From assembly GCA_965178125.1 (NCBI GenBank), contig OZ237774.1, forward strand, positions 186,001 through 250,000: a stretch of DNA of 64,000 bases, written 5' to 3'. Position numbers and translations under genes: made by a program. Below, in pieces: positions 53,698 through 64,000 of this stretch (the stretch's first letter is position 1; each line of letters opens with the position of its first letter). Source of the DNA: Bilabrum cf. latius (lineage: Eukaryota). The notes beneath the pieces are model-generated. The model made no database searches and was not told where the DNA came from. It worked only from the letters and a program-made list of their open reading frames with translations.

Positions 53698-56600
53698 ATG
53701 AGTGACGCCACATCTTCCTCGTCGTCGGCCACCGCGGCGGCCACGGCTCCCGCAGACGCGGCCACTTCCACATCCAGTGCCATGCACCACGCCCCCGCTG
53801 GCGTGGATGGCGGGGCCGCCCCGCAGCCGCCCATGTCGCAGGCGCAGTCGGCGCACGAACAGCAACAGCAAAACTCCGCGGCGGCCGCCGCTGCCGCCGC
53901 TGCCGCCGCCGTCGCCGCCGCTGCAGCCTCGGGCCAGCAGGGGGGGGGGCAGGCCCAGGGGGGCGAGACTCAGGTGCCTGTCCCCACCTCGGGGGGCCTC
54001 CCCTCCCTGGGGATGGGCCAGCTGGCACACCACCACCACCACGCGGCCGCCTCCATGGCCATGGATGCGGTGCGCGCCTCGTCTTCCTCCCAGGCGCCGG
54101 GGGTGCCGGCCGCTTCGGGCGCGGGGGTGCAGGTGTCCATGCCCACGGAGGAACACGCTGTGACTGCCGCGCTTGAGTCTGCAGCGGCTGCGCACCACCA
54201 CCACCACCAGCAGCAGCAGCAGCAGCACCACCAGCACCTTGCGGCAGCCCAGCACACCGCCGGGATGGTGGACGCGTCCCACCTGGCCCACGCGCAGATG
54301 CAGCAGCACATGGCAGCCCAGATCGCCCAGCAGCAGATGGCAGCCCAGCATGCTATGGCCCAGCACTCGCACGCTCATGCCATGGCACAGGCAGCGGCGG
54401 CAGCACACCAGCAGCAGCAGCAGGCGGCGCATCAGCACGCGGCCGCTGCCGCCGCCCACCAGGCCCACCTCGCCCAGCAGCAGCAGCAACAGCAGCAGCA
54501 ACAGCAGCACGCCCTCAGCCAGCACCAGCACGCCGCCCTGAGCGCGACCATGAACACGCCCACGGCCATGGCCGGCAAAGCCGCGAGGGATTTCCTGGTG
54601 CACCTCAAGTCCGAGCTGGGGGTGCGACAGAAGGTCATTGCCCAGGCTCTGGGCGTGGGGCCGGGCATGGTGAGCGCCTTCATCACTGGACGGCTGGGCG
54701 GGGGCAGCGCCATCGTGCCGGCTGTGCAGGCACTTCAGAACGACCAGGTGAGGCTCGCGGCACTGCGCCAGGGGAACCCCATCGAGCCCATTCAGAAGAT
54801 CAACACGCGGAGGGGGAGACCGCAGGGGGGAGGGTCGGCGCCTCCCGACCCGCGGCCGCCCCGCCGCAAGCTCATGACCAAGAAGATGCAGCAGCACCAT
54901 CACCAACAGCAGCAGCACCAGCAGCAGCAGGCAGCCGCGGCGGCTGCCGCGGCACACGGCCAGATGGGCATGGGTGCAGTGCACGGCGATGCAGCCGCGA
55001 GCGCGGCGGAACATGCCGCCGCCGCCACGCTGGCCGAGACCCTTGCCAGCAACTAGAGCACCGGGCAGCAGAGGCAGCAGGCGCAGCAGGCGCACGAGGC
55101 GGCCGCTGCGGCGGCACAGGCGGCAGCGGCACACACCCAGTCGCACTCGCAGCAGCAGGTGGCTGCCTCGGGGCAGGCGGCTGCTGACGCGGCGGCCGCG
55201 GCGGCAGCCGCCGCCGCCCGTCAGACGGGCGGCGTGCAGGGCGGCAAGGCCCCGTCTTCCTCTTCCTCCTCCTCCTCCTCGTCCTCTGCGTCATCGGGGG
55301 GGGTGCGCGGGGGCACGTCACCCGCTCGTCGGGCTGGGCCCCGCCCCCGGCAGGCAAAGCCCCCTAAGCTTGATGACAGAGTCGCGGTGCGGCGGGCGGC
55401 GCTGCAGCTGCGGCAGCAGATGAGGCAGCTGGGATTGGACATCGGTCCATTGCTACCCGTGGAGGCGGCTCTGAACGAGGACGGGCAGGGGGGCGCGCAG
55501 GCACAGGCCATTGAGGTCGCGCGACTGGCGGCGCAGGGCAGCGGATAGGCGGGGGCCGGGGCGGGGAACAGCGCGGCAGCAGCCTCGACGGCGGCCGCCG
55601 CCGCCGCCGCTGCCGCCGCCGTTGCCTCCGGAGCGCAGGCGCAGCAGCACGGGGGGAGTTCTGGCTCCGGATCCGGTCAGGGAGGCGCGGCGTCGGCCTC
55701 GCAGCAGCATCAGGCGGGCGATTCAGACGACCTGGTGCGGCGGCTGGAGCTGCCCCCAGAGCCGCCGGCGGAGGACCCTCAGGTGCTGCGCGACTGGGCG
55801 AGGGCGTGGGCGGATCAGAAGGGCATCCTCCAGTGGGAGCTGGCGAGGGGGGCGGCGGTGAGCCGGCCGCTGATCGCAGTGTTCGTGGCCGGTCGGCTGG
55901 GGGCGGGCTCGGTGGCGCATCGCCGAGTGGCTGCACTCAAGGCGGACCCTCTGGCCATCGCGACCACCGAGCTGGTGGCCGCTGCCAGGAGGGAGTACGC
56001 AAGCAACCGGGCGGGGAGGCGTGACTCGCTGCAGCGCAGGAAGAAGAACAGCCCGTCCGTGGGACCAGCGGGGAGCCTGGGGGGCGTGGACCTGTCGCAG
56101 GCGGCGGCGGGGGTCGGGGGAGTGCCGGGCGCACCCCCGAGGGTGGGGGGCCCGGTGCTGCCGCCCAACGCATCCCCCGCCTCGGCGCAGGGACTGCTGG
56201 CGCTCTTCAAGCCGCTGGCGCCAAGCGCGGCCGCGGCGGCCGCCCGGCGAGGGAACAGCGTCGCACGGCAGTTCGTCTCGAAGCGCAGCAACCTCGGCGA
56301 CGTGGTTGTGCCGGAAGCGAGCGAAGCACACATCAAGGCGGAGCAGGCGAGGACCTTCGCCCTGTCCGTGCTGGGGCAGGACTACAGCCGGAACGGAGGC
56401 AAGACGCAGAGGGGGGCGCACGACGGGCTGCCCGGAGGTGCGCCGGCGCTGCAGGGCGGAGGCAAGATGAGGCCCAGGCTCAAGGACTTGGCCAACGCGG
56501 CGCAGGTGCTGCCCGCCTCGCTGAGCGCCTTCCTGGCTGGCAGCATCGGGGTCAAGAGCAAGTGCGTGGGGCAGCTGCTGCAGCTGCAGAACGAGGTGCA

Positions 56601-56979
56601 GCAGCTGGGCGGCGACTCTCAGGAGGTGGTGCGCAGGCTGAGCGAGCAGCGGGGGGAGCAGCGGAGGGGGGGGCCTCCGGGGCCCAAGCGCGCCCAGCAC
56701 TGGAACACGCCCGCGTCGGCTGGGCAAGCACAGCAGAGCGCGCAGGGCGCGGCCGCCGCTGCCACGGCGGCTGCCATGCACATGGCGGCCGAGCAGCGGC
56801 AGCAACAGCAACAGCATATGCTTGGCCAGAAGCGTGGGCGCGCGGATGGTGAGTCGGACGCCTCCAAGCGAGCGAGGACGGACGGCGACATGGCCTCGTC
56901 GTCTTCCGCGGCGGTTGCCGCCGCGGCCGCGGCCGCCGCAGCCGCGGCCGCTGTGACGGCAAGCAACGCCGGTCGGTGA
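53698..56979 (+). CDS. Ala/Gln/His-rich putative transcription regulator with three HTH-like repeats and an AT-hook
   Basis: Same-frame ORFs joined by TAG 55054 and 55546. PolyQ/H/A tracts; three related segments QKVIAQALGVGPGMVSAFITG, QWELARGAAVSRPLIAVFVAG and LKDLANAAQVLPASLSAFLAG; RRGRP. Ends TGA. Confidence 0.72.
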
Positions 56980-57299
56980 CTCGTTCTCCCTGTGCTCTAT
57001 CTATCTGTTTGTCTGTTTGAAAGCTGCGATCTATTTTCTATTTCACATGAGTATTTCGTAACCATTTCGCGAAAGCTAAGCTGAGGATGGGTCACTTGCT
57101 TGTTTTCAAAACACAAACTCAAGGATCCTCGCCTGTTTGGCCTTCGCTGCAGCCCTCCTCGATCCCTTCGAGACAAAGTCGAGGATCCTTGAGTGGTCCT
57201 GAATGACCCGTGAGCGCATAGACTAGTGTGGTACACAAACCGCGTTGCCCGCGCACGTGCTGGTGCTGGGCGGTGACCGAGAGGCGAGCCTTAGGTACA

Positions 57300-58146
57300 G
57301 AAGACCACGAAAAGCGCGCATTGGCCGGACGAGTCGAAACCTACCGCCCCTTGTCTTCCTACCTCTTCTTCCCCTGCTTGTCGAGCACAGGAACTCAACA
57401 GACTTCTCCCCGATCCCCCCCAATACGTCCACCACAAAGGGTACGACCCGCACGCCACTGCGCACCGCCCCTTTCTATGTCCTCACAGTCCCTGGACACT
57501 ACTTGTCTTCTCCTCCCATCCGGACGTCGAGTACTCCGATGTCGACGGGTCTACCGTGGTTGACCAGCTTCGTGGCATGCGCGGTCCGCAAAGCAGACGC
57601 CTCCTGCTAGTCGCTGCCAATCCTCCACGACGAGCGGTCCCACCGGTACGTTGCCTAAGTAGAATCAATAACCGTGACATCGATGAGATACGCCGTCCCC
57701 TCGTGGTGAAAGAGCAAGTCGCCTCGAGGCACGAACGGGCCGCGCTGACCCGGTCAGCCGGGCCACTTGGGCCTCTGGCTCCCGGATTGGGTGTCTTCTG
57801 CCCGCGGCCTCGTGGACCGGACCACCCGCTCGAGAACGTTGAGCACACGGAAGTGCCTGCAGCCTGGAAGACTTCCGCAGACACGCTTGTCCTTGTCCTT
57901 GCACGTGGCACCGTGGCGAACTGACTAGGTCAACTCGACTACCTTGCCCTGCTTCCGGCACCCCGGGCAGATCCCCACATGCACCGTGCGTTGCCCCACG
58001 AGGTTGTGGGGGAAAGCTGTACGGCTGTTGGATGGCGAGACGCCGGCAGAACATGCCCCAGACATCTTCATGCTGGACTCAATCCGAACGAAAGGATTGG
58101 GTTCAAAGTCTCCGAATCGGCGACTCAGATCCGAGTCGTGAGGCAT
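57300..58146 (-). mobile_element. Degenerate 3' fragment of an RLE-type non-LTR retrotransposon (CRE/R2-superfamily-like)
   Basis: CPGC..H..C zinc knuckle followed by an RH motif, PRGDL....AYLIDVTV and VPFVVDVLGGIG...EFL, typical of the restriction-like endonuclease C-terminus. Contains an in-frame TGA (57754) and a frameshift. Boundaries approximate. Confidence 0.65.
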
Positions 58147-58860
58147 TTATAAGGTGAAAATCGCGAATGACATTCTAGAGTAGTCTAGTAAGCACCAGCG
58201 TACTTGGTACCTCATACCTCGAATTTCGCACTGCATCCCTTTTAGCAAAGTCGCTTTGGTCGGGCTGTGGGTTTGCCTGATTCAGGGTTTGTTCGTTCTG
58301 TTCCGAGAGGCTATCGTTCGCTCAGAAAGGCGCTGCATCCAGCCAGGCGTAGGCATCAGCTTGTGTGAGTTATCTTGCATTCAATAGGCGAGAGAAACAC
58401 CCTTTAGTTGCCCTAGATGCCTGTCGTGACTGAGTAAGTAATTGTCGCATGAGCGCATGGGACCTGTGCCTCGGGTACCACCTGGCACAGGCTCAGTGTA
58501 GCTGCTGTGCGCTTGGTCTGTATTGAAGCTGCCGTGTATTTCTTGTAGTTGCTTCTGACTTGTAGCTGGTTGTGCAAACTTCTTCGCTCGGCCTCGCAGC
58601 TCGATCTCATGCGGGCAGTTAGACGCTTGCAAGGAGCAGCCACAAGGCCGGGAGCGCGGATGGTCCATGATTTTCGCTGCTCCCCTCGTTTGCAGTATGT
58701 CATGTCATGCGGCACGATGTCGTACGGAAGCTGGGTTCGCCCTTCAGCGGGCGTGCGCTTTATGGCAGGCGACCGAGCACTGCACTCATGCATAATTGCA
58801 AGGGAAGAAGGGCTCGCTGGCGATCAGCAGGTCATATTGAGTGAGCAAGCACTTCCGAAG

Positions 58861-61659
58861 ATGGAAGATGTCCTGAGTAAGGCCAGCACTGCCCTGAATG
58901 ATGCCATGATTTCTATGAATGAGGCCAGGAGTGCTGTGGATAGGGCCGACTAGGTCGTGTATGCTGCTGCCGAGGACATTCGCAACGCCAAGACGGACGA
59001 TGAGCGCGCCGAGGCCAGACAACGCGAGCTCAACGCCATGTAGCAGCGAGACAATGACGAGTAGCGGTATGAAGAGGCCAAGCAACAGCAAGACAAGGCC
59101 AAGCAGCGGTATGAAGAGGCCAAGCAGCGGTATGAAGAGGCCAATAAGGACGCCCAAAACATGTTCGCCAAGCAGCGAGAGCAAGCCATCGCGCTCCGGG
59201 ACTGCATCCCGTCCGAGCGAACATCGCAGCACGCCCGAGCACTGGCCTCCATGATCAAGAAGGGCGAGGAGGACCTCCAGAGCCTCGAGTACCAGCGAAG
59301 GGCTCTGCAGCTGCCGGGGCTTGAGACGCCGCTGCCGTACGTCTGCACCACAGATATGAAGATGGCAGCTGGAATGCTGTTCGTGCAGCGAGTCGGCCCA
59401 AGCATCGACCGCTTCAAGGACGCCGTGAATTATGTGTCGCGGGCTGATAGTCCTCAGGAGCGCCGCGTGCTTGTGGTTGCCCAGGCCTCAGGCTCGGGAA
59501 AGACCAAGCTCGCATACGATGTGTCCGTAGATTCGAGCATCATGTCGGTCGTAGCCACTGCCGCCAAGCCCAAAGCTACAGGATTATCCCATCCTTTCGC
59601 TTGGCTAGCACGAGCCGAGCCTGAGCTTCGCGAAGCCGAGGTCCCGCATGGGGTCAAGAACGAGACTGAGCTCCTCAAGGTATTTCGCGGTTACCTGTTC
59701 GTGGTGGTGCTCGCCGCTCACATAGAGTGGGCGGCCCACGTTGCAGAAGCCCTGCATGCGCTTGAGCCACGGCAGCGGAGCCAGGACGATGTCAACCGAG
59801 CCATCCTGAGGGCAACAGCCAATGGCATCGGTCAGCCCGGCATCGCGTAGGTCGTCAAGGAACGCCTTGCCGGTATCCCGCACATACACAAGGTCGAGAA
59901 CTTGGCGCTACTGGGTATCTGGGCAGAGCAGTACGTGCAGACGGCAAAGAAGAAGCTTCAGGGCGCGCATGGGGCTCTGCTTGGGGATGCAGCCGGGGCC
60001 AACCCTCCGTCCATATTGGTGACTATTGACGAGGCCCCAAATCTCATGCAGCAGCACTTCAACACCGGTGAAGAATCAAGCACGAACTGGCTGCGTGGTG
60101 CAGCTTAGGCGCTGGCTGTTATGACGGAATAGAACGTTGCGAGCTGCGTGACAGGCACCTTCTTCGAAGTGTCAAAGTTGCTGGACGACTCGTTGTCGCC
60201 CCTACGGGGCCGCACCGAAAGGTTCAACCAGGTCGTGAATATAACGTCGGCTGACCTGTGGCACGATCTGCTGCGCCGCCATGTGCCGTCACTGCCAGAA
60301 GCAATCCCAGCCAGTCTCGAGGCGGGTCTGGAGCGGCTGGAGGGGCGGCCGATCTTCTTATTCGACCGGCTTCTCTTGACAGCGTTGGATGACCTGGTCA
60401 TGTCTAAGCCCCACACGAGCGAGTCCGAATGGCCGTCTGACATTCAGGCTATCAAGGACCCTTCGGCGCGCCGCTTGGCGGGATTCCTGTACTCACGCCT
60501 CGACTCTGCCTGGGAATCCTCGGTGGCCACCATGGTGGAGCGGATCGAGAAGTTTGTCGCGCCCACCTAGGACACCGGCAAAGACGATAGCTACCTTCTG
60601 CAGCAGCTGCTGCAAGGCGTGTTCTTCAAGGGCGGTCAGCTCCCTGTGCTGACGGCGGACTACGGCAACCGCAAACACGATAAAGACAACAAGGCCATGG
60701 AAGATGCCGTCAGGCATGGCGTGCTCGTCTACGACCCGACTGGAGAAGGGAGTGTGCTGCAGGAGCCCGTGACAGTGGAAGCTGTGCACCGGGTGGTCCG
60801 AAAGCGCTCGCTAAGGAGGGATGTATATGAGGACGAGTGGCTAGAAACCACAAGACGCGTGGTGGCTAACTGGGAGTAGGCGAAAGGGGATGTGTTCGAG
60901 CAAGCCTTTGTGTGGATGCTACTCCGCGCATGCAATGCCCATGATGACGATATGGAGCTGCAGGATGCTTTGGCTGGTGTGGTGCCAAATGGATTCGTTT
61001 TCCCGAAGAGTGTGAGGGGTAAGATCGTGAAGATCACGGGAGCTAGTCCTGTCCCGGAGGTCGGCGATGGCAGCAAGATGGACGACTGGCGTGCAATGTC
61101 CAGCATGAGCACAATCTGGTATGGCTTCCACCAAAACGCTGGAATGGACCTAATGGTGCGCACCACGGACGGCACAGTGATCGGCGTGCAGGCCAAGTCG
61201 GGCAAAGTTGACCTGGCAGACGCGGTGGCCAGCTGCAGCCTTGGTTGGCAGTACTTCTCTAGGAAGCCAATCGCGAGCAAATCGAACACGTTTTTACGGA
61301 AGCCTGGTGACTTGCGGCGATGGTTTCTTGATCATGCTCCTATCGCGGCGGGCGGGGAGCATCTGCGGCTGGTGTTCTCCGTGAAGGGCTTCAGCCCAAG
61401 CGCCGTGGATGCCGCGAATGCCTACAATGAGCTGTACCCTCAGTCTGCCATTCTGCTGTGCCAGTCGTCGGACGCGGTGCTCGGACCTTTGCATGGGGCT
61501 CTGGCAGGTCTTACCGACGTCACGACGGTTGACTTTGACCCTAGCAGTGCCGCAGCGGCGCTGATGGTACACCAGGACGTCGGTGGGAAGAACGGGCTTC
61601 AAGGCGCGGGGCAGTCTTTCAGCGAGTGGCTGGCGGAGGAGAAGAAGGGGCGAAGGTGA
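58861..61659 (+). CDS. Crinkler/RHS-effector-like protein: coiled coil, P-loop NTPase, PD-(D/E)xK-like nuclease
   Basis: Single frame with 8 TAG (58951, 59041, 59062, 59848, 60106, 60130, 60568, 60877). Walker A ASGSGKT; Walker B ILVTIDEA; KGDVFE; GMDL...IGVQAK. Ends TGA. The start could lie further upstream. Confidence 0.7.
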
Positions 61660-61959
61660 GGCGGAGTGTAGGCACGATCTAGATCTGGAATCCAGATTGA
61701 GTCATCCCTCTAGGTCTTCATCCGTTCATGTGTTGCCATGGTAGAGTCTAGACCTGTCAGGATTCTGTAAGTCTATGGCATACTATTGGCATTTGTCCAA
61801 GTTGCTCTTTGCGCACCCGTGCCCCTGTTAGCACTATTGGACTCCCCTGGATGGCTTCAAATTCAGCTCCCGCCGTGTATCGTGCCTATGAGATAGGAAT
61901 CCATGTGATCCACCTTGGGTCAGTCGCCTTCCTGGACCTGCCCAAGGAGAGTATGCAGG

Positions 61960-62215
61960 TGCGGATGAGGCGGGGGTGACTGCGGGGGAGCCAAGTTGCC
62001 GTGATGAACGCGCTGCGCACGCTCGTGCCCGACGATCGGTTCCAGGTGCAGGGCACCGCCAACCTGCTCGAGTCCACGGAGCTGGCAGCCGAGGGCATGC
62101 TGGTGTTCTTCAACGCGAAGGCCGTGATCTCGATCGCGCTGTGCTTCTTCGCTGCGTGGCTGATTTTCTCTGCGACTATCCGTGAGAACTCGAGGGAGCT
62201 GGGGGTGCAATGTAA
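61960..62215 (+). pseudogene. Fragment resembling an FtsX-like permease domain
   Basis: FFN..AVISIALCFFAAWLIFSATIRENSRELGV resembles the FtsX 'xRExxxExGvlr' motif. Truncated on both sides. Confidence 0.4.
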
Positions 62216-62267
62216 ATCCCGTCTTTCTCTTGCACAGTGCGCATCCGTCTAGATTTAGAATTCTACT

Positions 62268-62316
62268 TTGCCTAAGTAGGCCGTAACATCGATGAGATAC
62301 GCCATCCCCTAGGGTG
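62268..62316 (-). mobile_element. Short second remnant of the same RLE retroelement
   Basis: TTGCCTAAGTAG..CCGTAACATCGATGAGATACGCCATCCCCT matches 57651-57707 and encodes AYLIDVT on the minus strand. Confidence 0.6.
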
Positions 62317-63245
62317 CTCGACATGACAACCCCGTGTTTCTAAATTGCATCGAGAGTGTCACATAAACAGAATACAAAATTGTGAGGTTGAGGTAATGAA
62401 TACATGAATTGATTCGGCTCTTTCCTTTTATTTATTCCGTTGGTAACACTAGTAACAATCTAAAGATCATGTTGTATTGTCTTCGTAGTTCTTAAACAAG
62501 CAGATAAATCAAACAAAATTTCAAATTCCTTTGTTTATCTGCGTTGGTAATTACATAGCAAACGACAAATTATATTATACAGAAAAGGCAGATATTTAGG
62601 CGTTTACTTCAAAATGAAAGGAGGAATAGGCGAGACTGTAAGGGGAACAATAGACTTGAGGGTCCAGTTTATTGATGATAATTAATTGAAAGATGTATTC
62701 TGACATGGTAGCGAATAGGTAGAGGCTCGCAAATTCAAAGTCAAAGTCGGCCACAACCAATGCAGGCCAACAAATCCAATCTATTTGATGAATTTATCGC
62801 TTTGATATATTTTATCGTCATCAAACTTTTACCTTCTGCTAGCCTTCTTGCAATACTAGTTCTCTTTGGCAATAATCGAGCTTCCCATGTCATCCAAGCT
62901 GTTACTGTGCACCGCCTTGGTTTGGCTGTGGTACCACTGGGGCTCTTGGAGTCTGCAGCTCGATATTCTCTCGCGCACATTCCTTTGCTCCTACCTAAAG
63001 ATTAATTCCGACCGCTTCATGTTCTATGCCTGTAATGGGCAAATCGGCATTCGCCACCGCCCCTACATCTGCATCCACTGCTTGTTGCCAACATTTTTGA
63101 AGCGAGTTCCCATTTCAGATAGTCAAGTGTGTATTTAGATTTTGTAGATGCTATTCGGTAGTTTTCGGAATGAAAACGATTTGAATCACATTTTGGTCGC
63201 CTTGAACCAGACACAAGCATAATTGATTCAAAACATCTTAAGAAT

Positions 63246-64000
63246 TCAATTTTCACTACCTTCACGTCGTTTTTTGGCCTAACCGCCACCCTAAGGCAAA
63301 TCAGCTTCTTCACGCGATCGTTTCTTGCTTTCTGCAGACTCTGCGCTGTCCTTTAGCTGAGTTTTCACCTCGCCACGTTCTACTGCAGTAACACCATCGA
63401 ACCATTGATGATCAAGACAATCCTGAGCTGATATTCTTTTGGAAGCATCGGGACAAAGAAGTTGCCTAACAAGATCTTTAGCGTCGAGAGACACTGATGA
63501 CCAGTATTTCGAAGGGAAACTCCACTTGACACCCGATCCCAGCTTGTTGAGTGCCTCGTCGCTGAATGGAGGTCTACCTGACAATACAATGTACATGATG
63601 ACTCCAACTGACCACATATCTGCAGACAAGCCATACCTCCCGGCACCAAAGTGAGTGTCTTTACGTTCCAATACTTCTGGAGCAAAATACTGCGAAAAAA
63701 AGAAAAATTTATGAAATTTATTAACAGTTTATATACAAGAGGAAACATGAATTACGTAGAGAGGGCCTTTGTGCTCGCTCACCTGTGGAGATCCAACATA
63801 AGTTTTGAGCCCTTCGAACCCCAAGGTTCTTGCTACACCAAAGTCTGCAAGAACCGGCACCGTATCACAAGCTGGGTCTTCACTAGCAAGCAAAATGTTC
63901 TCAGGTTTCAAGTCCCTATGCATGATCTCCCGGTCGTGAAGATATTTGACAGCATCCAGAATTCCTTTCATGAGAACTTTTGCTCTGCTTTCCGGGTATG
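63246..64000 (-). CDS. Ser/Thr protein kinase, CAMK group (CHK2-like), C-terminal part
   Basis: HRDLKPENILL; ADFG; GSPQ|YFAPE across GT-AG intron 63690-63782; DMWSVGV; RISA. TAG at 63291 and 63279, then AKKRREGSEN-TGA at 63246. Confidence 0.9.

Overview
GC-rich, gene-dense eukaryotic (protist) nuclear DNA with few, short GT-AG introns. The gene content and style are compatible with a heterotrophic stramenopile, but that is inference only. The main result is a non-standard nuclear genetic code. Almost every gene is split in the standard ORF track by in-frame TAG codons (about 60 by manual count across 14 genes), and the frame and homology continue straight past them. Affected genes include conserved ones: SF3B3, PRP38A, a DHX57/DHX29-type helicase, an ABCC transporter and a lysyl-tRNA synthetase. 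Genes end in TGA or, rarely, TAA, and I found no in-frame sense TAA. TAG aligns with CAG in tandem repeats and with Gln in conserved motifs, so UAG most likely encodes Gln while UAA and UGA remain stops. A second unexplained signal is a set of short DNA motifs, highly over-represented and embedded in coding sequence in several frames and both orientations: GTGTGACGAGTG, the palindrome TCCACCGGTGGA, and GGTGCANNGCACGRYGGTGC. The window also contains two large surface proteins, a triple-HTH/AT-hook protein, a Crinkler-like NTPase plus nuclease gene lying between RLE-type retrotransposon remnants, and a kinase at the 3' edge. No rRNA, tRNA or CRISPR array was recognised.
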